Under the pieces are notes generated by a model. That model saw nothing but the letters and a program-made list of their open reading frames with translations. It did no database searches and was not told where the DNA came from. This document shows positions 37,551-46,731 of a DNA stretch of 64,000 nt, piece by piece. The translations under genes were made by a program, and so were the position numbers. Origin of the DNA: an uncultured bacterium (GTDB lineage: Bacteria; Hydrogenedentota; Hydrogenedentia; Hydrogenedentales; Hydrogenedentaceae); NCBI GenBank assembly GCA_937124615.1, contig CAKZKR010000109.1, positions 12,338 through 76,337 on the forward strand. Reading direction: 5' to 3'. Position 1 is the first letter of the stretch. Each line of letters starts with the position of its first letter.

Positions 37551-38888
37551 TCATTGTTTGTTTTGTTGAACATAAGGAACAGAGTAGGAAGCATGAGGGA
37601 GAACGAGCCAGGAAGGTTTAGAGATTCCAACTTTTTTAAGATCTTTACAGGCTAAATGAAAACCCTCCTCCACAGTTTTTATTTTTTGTCCTCCCATCAA
37701 ATTAATAGTTTCTTCATCCATTTCAGTGAGGAAATATGTATTCACGGCTTTTTCTAAAGTTGATATAACGGTTTGTCCATTTACTTCTCCGTTTTTTCGG
37801 AGGTGATCAACTAATTGTTTTGGATTTCTCTTACGAAGCCATTCTTTAAATTGATAACCCCCCAATCCTTCACTACAGGGAGCAATAAAAATTATTTTTC
37901 CGTAGGGTTTTTTTCTTGCCTGCCATGCGTTGACAAGTGCTTTATGACTTTGAAGAAAATTTTTTGCTTCCCCGGCAGATGCAATTACAATATCCACAGG
38001 TTTGGGGATTTTTATAGAGTACACTTCTTGTGCATATTCTGTTCCCGCTTTATGTGCTTTAACGATATCTCCACAAAAAATATTTAGTATTTTTTTATCA
38101 GGAGAGATTACTGTATTGATGATAAAATAGTTTTTTTGAGTAAGTAATGTTGCTTCAAGTAAATCTTCTGCGACGGGGTTCCCTTCTAGTTTTCCAAGTT
38201 GTACATCGGGATGAATTTCGCATTTGTCCGGATGAATACTTAAAGCATGGTTGTAACGAATTGTAGGTAATGCGGATAATCCTGGAACAATGAGTTTCCG
38301 ACCCCCTCCAAAACCTGCAAAATAGTGATACAAAATTGTTCCCGTTAATATTAGAAGGTCACTTTTCATAACTTCTTTATATATGTATACGGGAGTTCCC
38401 CTTTTTGTTCTACCTAGATATTCATACTGTTGTAAATCTTCAGGGTTAGGAACTAAAATATTTTGCTTGTAAGCATCATAGATTTCAGGTGTCAGTATGG
38501 ATTTTAGCTCTGTTTCTGTTGGTGGTCGATGGGAACCTACGGAAACCAAAAATTTTAAATTTTCGGGTTGGGCTCCACAAGAGATGAAGTAATTCATCAT
38601 ATTTTTAATGAATAATTCAATCCCTGTATAGCGGAAGGAGTCGGAGATAGCAATTGAGATATTTAGATGATGAATGTTTTTATTAAATGGGTTTTCCAAA
38701 ACCCCAATTGGGTTTTGGATAGATTCCATAAACAGATTTTCAGGAGAAACTTTTGTTTGGGGCCATTGTAGAGCAAAAGAACCTCGATAACCGTCCTCGG
38801 GGAGATATGCAATTATTTCTTTTGATTTGTAGGGTACCTTAATTTTAATTTTTTCAATATGATTGTTTTCATTTTGTTTTTCTTGCAT
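37551..38888 (-). CDS. LarA-like protein (lactate racemase / nickel-pincer-nucleotide-dependent racemase-epimerase family, DUF2088)
   Basis: HYFAGFGGGRK and GSHRPPT motifs resemble the LarA signatures FAGYSGGRK / GTHRP. 445 aa. Confidence 0.55.
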   Translation of the reverse strand: MQEKQNENNHIEKIKIKVPYKSKEIIAYLPEDGYRGSFALQWPQTKVSPENLFMESIQNPIGVLENPFNKNIHHLNISIAISDSFRYTGIELFIKNMMNYFISCGAQPENLKFLVSVGSHRPPTETELKSILTPEIYDAYKQNILVPNPEDLQQYEYLGRTKRGTPVYIYKEVMKSDLLILTGTILYHYFAGFGGGRKLIVPGLSALPTIRYNHALSIHPDKCEIHPDVQLGKLEGNPVAEDLLEATLLTQKNYFIINTVISPDKKILNIFCGDIVKAHKAGTEYAQEVYSIKIPKPVDIVIASAGEAKNFLQSHKALVNAWQARKKPYGKIIFIAPCSEGLGGYQFKEWLRKRNPKQLVDHLRKNGEVNGQTVISTLEKAVNTYFLTEMDEETINLMGGQKIKTVEEGFHLACKDLKKVGISKPSWLVLPHASYSVPYVQQNKQ

Positions 38889-38956
38889 TTTACTATCAGT
38901 TTAGGTAAGAATATATTTAATAGGTAAATTCACCCTTAAAATTTAAGTGAGCGAAT

Positions 38957-39511
38957 ATGATGTTTCCAAAATTAAAAAAAAAGAACTGTAATAAGGATAT
39001 GACATTCTTAACTGAAACATCAAAAGGTTTTACTTTAATTGAGTTAATAGTCGCTTTAGCTGTTTTAAGTATAGCAGTAACGGGTTTGGTTCAGATGTTC
39101 TCATTAAGTTTAAACCTGGCTCAAACATCTCAAAATGCTATATTGGCCGGTAATATTGCATATGATAAATTGGACTATTTAAGAAACTGTCCGGAAAAGT
39201 TTATTTGGAAGGTTTCCGATAGTGTTAATCCGGAGGATTTTTTCTCTATTCTTACCTCTGAAGATGAGGCCAAAGCGGGAAATGTATTAGAAGTCCCAAT
39301 AACTGTTCCTCCCGACTGGGCGAGTTTTCGGAAATATAAAGATGTTTCACAAAAATTTCGCTGGAAAGCATTTGGAAAATTAGTGTCAAATGGTAAAGAT
39401 TATTATGAGGTTGTAGTTATAGTTATTTATAAAGAATTTGGTCGAATAAAATATTATACTGCGAATTCAATTATACCTTGTTTCCAAATAGATAAGGTAA
39501 TAAAGAAATGA
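38957..39511 (+). CDS. Prepilin-type N-terminal cleavage/methylation domain pseudopilin (GspH/I-like)
   Basis: KGFTLIELIVALAVLSIAV is the type IV pilin N-methylation motif. The real start is probably ATG at 38999. Confidence 0.75.
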   Translation: MMFPKLKKKNCNKDMTFLTETSKGFTLIELIVALAVLSIAVTGLVQMFSLSLNLAQTSQNAILAGNIAYDKLDYLRNCPEKFIWKVSDSVNPEDFFSILTSEDEAKAGNVLEVPITVPPDWASFRKYKDVSQKFRWKAFGKLVSNGKDYYEVVVIVIYKEFGRIKYYTANSIIPCFQIDKVIKK

Positions 39512-40140
39512 AGACTATTAATCGAGTAACGAAGAATGGATTTTCTTTAATAGAAGTTATTACTGTTTTGGCTATCTTATCTGTATTGTCAACTATAGGT
39601 GTAGTTATGTTCGGTAAAATAATGGATTACCGACGACAATCTGAAATAAGGCAATCCCTAAATATAAATTACTTACGATTATCAAATAGACTACAGGCAG
39701 ATTTTGACCAGATTGTTTCTCCAACATTTACACAGGGGCGTTTAACTACGATTCGGCATGTTGAAAATGAAAAAAGATATCAATCTGTTCCTCTGGATGA
39801 TGATAGGATTTCATTCCCTATAATGTATGTGGATTCTGAAGATAGAAATACTGTTGTTCAAATATTCTACTATATTGACCGAAGTTTGGGGGGGGCCCCT
39901 TCTCTTGTTAGAGTAATTAGCCCTGTGGGACAGAAAGAACCAAGTGGAGCAAGAGAAATTATTATGACAGGTGTACTTGCAATGAAAGTTCATTGTTATG
40001 ATGGGAATAATTGGTTAGAAGAGTGGAATAAGCCTTTTTATCCGAGAGCCGTAAAGGTAAGTTTAGTGTTGGCAGATGAAAATAGGATTTGGGAACAAGT
40101 AGTTCGTGAAAGCACTTTCTGGTTAGGGAATATCTTATGA
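39508..40140 (+). CDS. Prepilin-type pseudopilin (GspJ-like)
   Basis: NGFSLIEVITVLAILSVLSTIGVVMFG. Confidence 0.7.
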   Translation: MKTINRVTKNGFSLIEVITVLAILSVLSTIGVVMFGKIMDYRRQSEIRQSLNINYLRLSNRLQADFDQIVSPTFTQGRLTTIRHVENEKRYQSVPLDDDRISFPIMYVDSEDRNTVVQIFYYIDRSLGGAPSLVRVISPVGQKEPSGAREIIMTGVLAMKVHCYDGNNWLEEWNKPFYPRAVKVSLVLADENRIWEQVVRESTFWLGNIL

Positions 40141-41138
40141 GAATGATATTTATTAAAATACAAAAGAACTCATGGAAACCTGATAATAAGGGTGTGGCGC
40201 TCATAATAGCCATATCTTTATTGGGGGTTTTTGCTCTACTTGGTATGTATTATGTGCGTGATGGTGAGACAGAGATAAAAAGGACAGCCCTTCTTCTGGA
40301 TGAAATGAGGGTAAGAGAATATGCGAAAACGGGTGTTAGTTCGGCTCTTGTAGAATTGGAAAAAGCATGGAAATCAGATACAACTCAGGATTTGTTAGAG
40401 AAATGTCCTCTTGAATTTAGTTATCCATACTATAAACAAGTACATAAGAGTGATAGGTCTTTGTCATTAGAACCATCCGATACAATGGATGTTCGTGTAA
40501 AAGTCTGGATAACAGATGAAAGTGGGAAAATAAATTTGAATTGTACTCCTGCGAGTGTACTCCAGAAAGTTCTTAATATAAACGGGGAAACTGCAAGAAG
40601 AATTGTTTCCAACTTACCTAATCCAGGATTTTCTTCTTCATCAGGGAAATGGTTTTATCTTGTGGAAGAGTTATATGGTCCAAATGGGATGATTCAGGAA
40701 AAGATTGATAAGAAAATATTGAATTTTGTATCAACCTGGAATGCAGGGAATCCTAATACTCCCATTCCCTATTTAAATGTTAATAAGACATCTGTTGAAA
40801 TTTTGATGGCTTTGTTTAATATAAGTTCTGAGGAGGCACAAAAAGTTATCGATTCTCGACCTTTGAAATCAATGAATGATATTGTGAAGTTACTGGAAAA
40901 GTCCCCGATGGGATTTAATGTAAAAGTTGATGATATGTCCTCAAACTGGCAATTTCCTTTCACAGATAGGTCAAATAGTTTTAAGATTATAGTAGAGGCA
41001 GAATTGAGTAGAGTTGTTTCTGGAAAGAAGTATAACCCTGTTTATGCATCAAAAGAAGTAGGAGTTGTATTTGTTGATGGGAGTCCAGTGGTTGTTTGGA
41101 ATAGAAGTATTCCTGCAGAAAAAATAAAAAATAGATGA
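40137..41138 (+). CDS. General secretion pathway protein K-like pseudopilin
   Basis: N-terminal hydrophobic segment (VALIIAISLLGVFALLGM) plus helix-hairpin-helix-like ILNINGETARRIV / VNKTSVEILMAL segments typical of GspK. Confidence 0.6.
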   Translation: MRMIFIKIQKNSWKPDNKGVALIIAISLLGVFALLGMYYVRDGETEIKRTALLLDEMRVREYAKTGVSSALVELEKAWKSDTTQDLLEKCPLEFSYPYYKQVHKSDRSLSLEPSDTMDVRVKVWITDESGKINLNCTPASVLQKVLNINGETARRIVSNLPNPGFSSSSGKWFYLVEELYGPNGMIQEKIDKKILNFVSTWNAGNPNTPIPYLNVNKTSVEILMALFNISSEEAQKVIDSRPLKSMNDIVKLLEKSPMGFNVKVDDMSSNWQFPFTDRSNSFKIIVEAELSRVVSGKKYNPVYASKEVGVVFVDGSPVVVWNRSIPAEKIKNR

Positions 41139-41157
41139 TGATATAAGGAGAACAGCG

Positions 41158-42369
41158 ATGGCAGAGAAGAACGCTGAAGGAATTAAAAAAGTTCGCAAAT
41201 CGACAAAAGGGAAGGTACAAAGTCTTGTACAAATTGTTAACGAAGAGGAAGTTATTCGTCGAGAACCTGTTTTTAATAATACGGGATCTATGAGTTTTTC
41301 ATTTATAAAAAGAGGAACCGTACGGTATCAAGAAATAACCGATTTTCTAAGACAATTGATAATGCTTTTAGAATCGGGGACGCCTTTATTGAAATCATTA
41401 AAAACTTTAGCATTGCGAGGTCAATCTGATGCCATCCGTGGACTTGTTAATGACATGGCGTTGTATGTTGAGGAAGGAAATCCCTTATGGCAAGCGTTCG
41501 ATAGACATCCTCGTTATTTTGATACTGTATTCGTTAATCTAATTAAAGCCAGTGAAGCTAGTGGAACACTGACGACAGTATTACAGCGACTGGTAGATTA
41601 TCGACAAAGGAGAGATTTACTCCGTAGAAAAGTGAGGGGAGCCATATTTTATCCGATAGTGCTTGTAATTGCGTGTCTGGGGGTATTGTTACTGCTTACA
41701 AATTTTGTAGTTCCACAATTTCAGGATATGTATCAAAAGCAAAATATAAAAATTCCTCCTGCAACTGAGTTGTTTTTTAGTGTTTCCGATTGGTTCCGTG
41801 TGTGGTGGTGGTTACCTATTGTATTGATACTTATTTTGATATTGTTATATCAAGTATGGTTTATTCGGAATCCCCTACGACGGTTATCGGCAGACCGGTT
41901 TAAATTAAAGATTCCGATTATAGGGAAAATTATTCATAAATATGCGATTGTTGAGATGATGAGGACCTGGTCCTTGTTATTGAGAAGCGGTCTTTCTATG
42001 ATGTCTTCGTTGGAACTTACTAAAAATTCTATACATAATCAAGCCGTAGCTCAAAGTTTACAGTCCTTGCGTGATTCCATTGAACGGGGCGGAGGTTTAG
42101 AAACCCCCTTACGGGCTTCTGCTGATGTAATACCTCCTGTTGTTGCCGATATGTTAATAACTGGGGAGGAATCGGGGAGTATCGATAAAATTGCAGAACA
42201 AATAGCGGATATATATGATAATGAGGTTCAGGTAGCAGTCAATACCTTAGGAGAAGCCTTACAACCTATATTTACAGTGATTGTAGGAATTATTGTAGTT
42301 ACATTGTTCATCTCATTGTTCTATCCAATGATTAGTATGATAGAACAAATAACAAATGCCAGCGTCTAA
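41158..42369 (+). CDS. Type II secretion / type IV pilus platform protein (GspF/PilC family)
   Basis: 403 aa. Duplicated T2SSF domains with three TM segments. The IFYPIVLVIACLGVLLLL pattern is typical. Confidence 0.85.
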   Translation: MAEKNAEGIKKVRKSTKGKVQSLVQIVNEEEVIRREPVFNNTGSMSFSFIKRGTVRYQEITDFLRQLIMLLESGTPLLKSLKTLALRGQSDAIRGLVNDMALYVEEGNPLWQAFDRHPRYFDTVFVNLIKASEASGTLTTVLQRLVDYRQRRDLLRRKVRGAIFYPIVLVIACLGVLLLLTNFVVPQFQDMYQKQNIKIPPATELFFSVSDWFRVWWWLPIVLILILILLYQVWFIRNPLRRLSADRFKLKIPIIGKIIHKYAIVEMMRTWSLLLRSGLSMMSSLELTKNSIHNQAVAQSLQSLRDSIERGGGLETPLRASADVIPPVVADMLITGEESGSIDKIAEQIADIYDNEVQVAVNTLGEALQPIFTVIVGIIVVTLFISLFYPMISMIEQITNASV

Positions 42370-42386
42370 CAAATCTAATTAATAAA

Positions 42387-42430
42387 AGACAGGGCAAACA
42401 TAATTAAAAGATGTTTGCCCTGTCTTTTTA
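42387..42430. terminator. Bidirectional rho-independent terminator between gspF-like (+) and the convergent gene at 42440 (-)
   Basis: AGACAGGGCAAACAT-aattaaaag-ATGTTTGCCCTGTCT is a perfect 15-bp stem followed by TTTTT. Confidence 0.9.
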
Positions 42431-42439
42431 AGAGTAAGA

Positions 42440-43669
42440 TTAGCGATTTGCAAAAGCATTTTGAATGGTTTGTAAATCAACTCCCAATATTTCTTCTGCA
42501 AGGTAGTTCAATTCTTTTTCATTTCCTATAAAGTGGAATGTTCGATGGGTGTGTTCAACATATTCTCCCTTTTTCAATTCTTCAGCGGGAGAAGAAGTTT
42601 CCAGTTCATAAAAAGGTCCTAAAGGTTTTTTGCCAGGTCCTAAAGGCCCATCGTTATAGGAATTTATAGTATCACCGCCATAGGGTTCTTTTTGGAGTTC
42701 CCACATAGAATTCACATACGGTTTTAATGTGTCAGGTTTACTATATTGAACAACTGTTAAAACTTTATTTTTTGCATCATAACTTCCACATACGGATAAT
42801 GCTCGTTTTGGGGAAATGCCGATTTTACTCCGATACTGACCATCTCCACGGAAGAATACTACATTATTTTTTACTAGCAAACGGTCTGCGGGAACCTTCC
42901 CAAAGTATGCATCGTTTACTTTGGGTCCTAAATCTTCTTCGGAACCGGGTAAAAATGGGATAACAATGGTAGTTTCTGGTGATGGATTGAACATCCCTAA
43001 AATCCAGATAGATAGAAGTCCTTTTTCCTTAGTCCAATCTTCATTCCCTGTATTTGTCATTTTGTTTTTTGACTCAAAACCTATATATTTGATGTTAGAA
43101 GGAATTCTTACTCCTAACGCCCCCGCTATTTGTTCCTTCGATAGAATACTCACGGTTCTTTCAATTAGTGTCTGAAAATCTGTTCCCGTCCAGTTCTTTA
43201 ACTTTGCATCTTTCTTAAAAGTGATTTGTTTTTCACTTTGTGAGACTACTTCATAAGGTTCCGTATCAATGACAGCAGGTGTTTGCCAGTGTTCTAAGTC
43301 AAAAGGGGCATTAGGGGGAAAGAAAATACCATATTGTCCCCCTTCGGGACCAATCCAGAAACGGTCCTCACCTCCAAACACATTGATATGGGGTTCTATC
43401 TTTTTGGATTCTATTAGTTCACGGTTAATCCAGCCAAAACTCAATCCTTCAGGACCTTCCGCAGTGCTGGTCATGATACGTCCCTGATATTCAGGAACTA
43501 TCGCTACTTCTCCATTAGATTCAGTATCTTTTAGTAGAAGGACCGTTACATATTTCTTTAAAAATTCCACATCATCCTTAAAGCGAGAATTGGCATAGGC
43601 CGTGTTGTATGAAAAACAAAAAATAAGCATTAGTAAAAACAATCCGATAATGAACATTACTTTTGTCAT
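42440..43669 (-). CDS. Secreted hypothetical protein (409 aa)
   Basis: N-terminal signal peptide (MTKVMFIIGLFLLMLIFCFSYNTAYA). No recognisable domain. Confidence 0.4.
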   Translation of the reverse strand: MTKVMFIIGLFLLMLIFCFSYNTAYANSRFKDDVEFLKKYVTVLLLKDTESNGEVAIVPEYQGRIMTSTAEGPEGLSFGWINRELIESKKIEPHINVFGGEDRFWIGPEGGQYGIFFPPNAPFDLEHWQTPAVIDTEPYEVVSQSEKQITFKKDAKLKNWTGTDFQTLIERTVSILSKEQIAGALGVRIPSNIKYIGFESKNKMTNTGNEDWTKEKGLLSIWILGMFNPSPETTIVIPFLPGSEEDLGPKVNDAYFGKVPADRLLVKNNVVFFRGDGQYRSKIGISPKRALSVCGSYDAKNKVLTVVQYSKPDTLKPYVNSMWELQKEPYGGDTINSYNDGPLGPGKKPLGPFYELETSSPAEELKKGEYVEHTHRTFHFIGNEKELNYLAEEILGVDLQTIQNAFANR

Positions 43670-43806
43670 ACTTCATCTCCTTTTATTAATAGCTTACAGA
43701 TATAAATTAATATGTTTTAGTTTCAAAGAATTAAAACAAAAGTATTATAATATATCTTTCAATAGGAACTTATTAATTGTAATCTATTTTAGAGAGGATT
43801 TTCGCT

Positions 43807-45933
43807 ATGAGGTTGTTTTTTGATAAAAAGACACAGAAGAAAAAAGTAAAAATTTTATATATTCTTCCCTCCCATTATGACGATGATGGTTACCCGTACC
43901 ATTTTTGGAAAGGACTACTTCCCTCAAATACACTTGTATGTATGAGGGCATTAACAGAAAAATTGATTGATGAAGGTAAAATTGATAAACAGTTTGATGT
44001 ACATGTTGAAATAATAGATGAATTTGTCCATGGGGTTGATGTAGATCGCATTGTGAGTAATAGCAGAAGGCAAAAAGAAGACCTTGTTGTTGGTTTGGTA
44101 GGTGTGCAGACAAATATGTTTGCGCGGGCAACGGATTTGGCTCTTATGTTGCGAAAGTATCATATCCCTGTAATAATAGGAGGGTTTCATGTAAGTGGAG
44201 TTATGAAACTGTTTGGTCCCGATGCTCCTGATTTGAAGTTTTTAATGGATCGAGGTGTGAGCTTGGTATGTGGTGAAGTTGAAGGAGATGGTGTTCTCTT
44301 AAGTATATTAAATGATGCAATGAATAATAGATTGCAGTCCTATTATATTATTAAGGAAGCACCCAATATCGAAGACGCGCCTATCCCTCTTGCAGACCCC
44401 CAATATCTTAAACACTTTATGCAACCTATGTGCACAATAGATACCAGTAGAGGGTGTCCTTTTAATTGTTCTTTTTGTACCATTATTAATGTTCAGGGTA
44501 GAAAATTACGGTGTCGTTCTGCTGAGAAAATTTTGGAAGCAATCGAGAAAAATTATGATAATGGCTTTTTCAGTTATTTCTTTACAGATGATAACATGTC
44601 CCGTTCTGCTATCTGGAAAGATATTTTTTCAGGGCTTATTGAGTTAAGAAAGAAAGGGAAAAAGATTCGGTTTATGATGCAGATTGATACTCAAGCCTGG
44701 AAAATTCCTGATTTTGTTCGTATGGCTTCTGAAGCGGGATGTTACCTCGTATTTGTTGGGATGGAAAGTATTAATCCACAAAATCTGATATTGATGAAGA
44801 AAACACAAAACAAGACCTCCGAGTATGCGGAAATGGTAGAAACATGGCATAAAGCAGGAATTTTAGTTCATGTAGGGTATATCGTGGGTATGCCCTGCGA
44901 TACTCCACAAAGTATTCACCAGGATGTTACATTATTAAAGAGCGGAGTTAAAGTTGACGAGGCTTCTTTCTTTATAATGACACCTCTTCCTGGTTCAAAG
45001 GACCATAAAGACCGTATTGAAGGGGGGGAAGAAATATCGGCTGATTATAATGAATATGATAGTTGCCATGAAACCTTTCCCCATCCTAATTTTAGAGAGG
45101 GGGAATTGAGAAAGTCATGGTTAAAGGCATGGTCTCTTTTTTATTCAAAAGATAATATTATCGATGTATTGCTTCGTTGTCCACCAGAACAGTATTGGAA
45201 TGCTTTTTGGTTAACTCTATGGAATCGTTATTCAACTTTGCTTAACAATCATCCTATGAGTATGGGTTTTTTAAGGAAGAAGAAACGTATGGAGCGTCGT
45301 TCTTCAATGATTATAGAAAGTCGTAGAGAGTTTTTACACCGAAGGATTAAAGATTTTATAACCCAGGTAAAGGTAATTATGCGGGTGTTTTATGAATATC
45401 AAGAAATATGGCTATTAACACGGAAGCAATTGAACGAGAAGCGAGAATCATTAGCCTCTGCTTATTCATATCTTCAAGAAATACGTTCCCGACTGGTTCA
45501 GGGATTACAGTCAAACCAGTATACACAATTTGTTGCTCAGGAATATGAACAGATTATTCAAAAAACTAATGAATTGATGCTTCGATTATCTCAGACATCG
45601 GGCAAGATAAATCATAAGATACAGTGGAAATTGGAACAACAACTAAATGGATTAAAGGATCAGATCAATGGTTTTAAGTCCCGTGTGCCTAATTTTGATA
45701 ATCTGGTTCGACTTGATTCTATTGTAAGAAAAAGGATTATTTATAGTTATGAGGAAATAATGATTAAATCTGTTGCACATCGTAGAAAGGTCAATCGTTG
45801 GTGGATAGGGTTAAAACATGATTTATCTGTTGGAAGATTTCGATTAAGAAATGTGTTTTATTTTCCGGAGGTATTGTTTTTTGAACTTTTTACAGGTTTG
45901 AGGTTTGCTATATCAGCAGTTCGGATGAAGTAA
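43807..45933 (+). CDS. B12-binding domain-containing radical SAM protein (class B), with ~250-aa C-terminal extension
   Basis: N-terminal cobalamin-binding-like domain, then the radical SAM core with RGCPFNCSFCTI (CxxxCxxC), then a long helical C-terminal region. Confidence 0.75.
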   Translation: MRLFFDKKTQKKKVKILYILPSHYDDDGYPYHFWKGLLPSNTLVCMRALTEKLIDEGKIDKQFDVHVEIIDEFVHGVDVDRIVSNSRRQKEDLVVGLVGVQTNMFARATDLALMLRKYHIPVIIGGFHVSGVMKLFGPDAPDLKFLMDRGVSLVCGEVEGDGVLLSILNDAMNNRLQSYYIIKEAPNIEDAPIPLADPQYLKHFMQPMCTIDTSRGCPFNCSFCTIINVQGRKLRCRSAEKILEAIEKNYDNGFFSYFFTDDNMSRSAIWKDIFSGLIELRKKGKKIRFMMQIDTQAWKIPDFVRMASEAGCYLVFVGMESINPQNLILMKKTQNKTSEYAEMVETWHKAGILVHVGYIVGMPCDTPQSIHQDVTLLKSGVKVDEASFFIMTPLPGSKDHKDRIEGGEEISADYNEYDSCHETFPHPNFREGELRKSWLKAWSLFYSKDNIIDVLLRCPPEQYWNAFWLTLWNRYSTLLNNHPMSMGFLRKKKRMERRSSMIIESRREFLHRRIKDFITQVKVIMRVFYEYQEIWLLTRKQLNEKRESLASAYSYLQEIRSRLVQGLQSNQYTQFVAQEYEQIIQKTNELMLRLSQTSGKINHKIQWKLEQQLNGLKDQINGFKSRVPNFDNLVRLDSIVRKRIIYSYEEIMIKSVAHRRKVNRWWIGLKHDLSVGRFRLRNVFYFPEVLFFELFTGLRFAISAVRMK

Positions 45934-45935
45934 AT

Positions 45936-46727
45936 ATGCAGGAAGAAATAGAGATACAGCATCGCAGGGTAGGCGTTATCATGCTTCATGGTGCTTGTTC
46001 TATGAGTTGTCTCTTTTGTATTACAGAGAATTCTCTCACGGAGATGACCTCAGAACAGGTGGAAGAGGTTTTAAAGATAATAGAAGAACGGGATATGGAA
46101 AGTGTAGTATTTGGTGGAGGGGAACCATTACAATGGACCTACTCATTGGTTCATTCAATAAATTTAGCGAAATCTTTAGGACTTCATACACAGGTAGGAA
46201 CAAATGGTATAGGACTAACTTCGAATATAATAGAAAAAATAAATGCAGACCGATATATTCTCCCGCTTGATTCCGTCAATCCTCAAGTTCATAATTATTT
46301 AAGGGGAGGGTTTCGAAAACATTATGACATAATAAGGAAAAGATTGAAATATCTAACAGAAAGAGGTATTTCTTTTACTATATCTACCGTTATTTGCAGA
46401 GTTAATATTGATATCTTAAGTGAGATATCTGCTTTCTTGCTTCATTTGTGGGATAAAGGGGCCAGGATTCATGCATGGCATTTATACCGTTTTTTGCCAT
46501 TAGGGAGGAACGGATTTAAGAATGCAAATATGCTCAATATTTCTAAAAACGAATACTTTGATAAGACTGAAGAGATGAAAAAACGCGACCTTCCATTTTT
46601 TGTTTATCGCAGGCCTAATATGAAGTTATCAAAGGAAGTAGACTTTTTCTGGGCAGAAGAAGGTTGTATAAAAATAGGAAGTCAGGTCTGGTTTGAAAAA
46701 CAATCTCCTGATTGTTTGTGTAAGTGA
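45936..46727 (+). CDS. Small radical SAM protein (263 aa)
   Basis: CSMSCLFC is the CxxxCxxC cluster-binding motif near the N-terminus. 2 nt downstream of the B12-rSAM gene. Confidence 0.65.
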   Translation: MQEEIEIQHRRVGVIMLHGACSMSCLFCITENSLTEMTSEQVEEVLKIIEERDMESVVFGGGEPLQWTYSLVHSINLAKSLGLHTQVGTNGIGLTSNIIEKINADRYILPLDSVNPQVHNYLRGGFRKHYDIIRKRLKYLTERGISFTISTVICRVNIDILSEISAFLLHLWDKGARIHAWHLYRFLPLGRNGFKNANMLNISKNEYFDKTEEMKKRDLPFFVYRRPNMKLSKEVDFFWAEEGCIKIGSQVWFEKQSPDCLCK

Positions 46728-46731
46728 GTCA

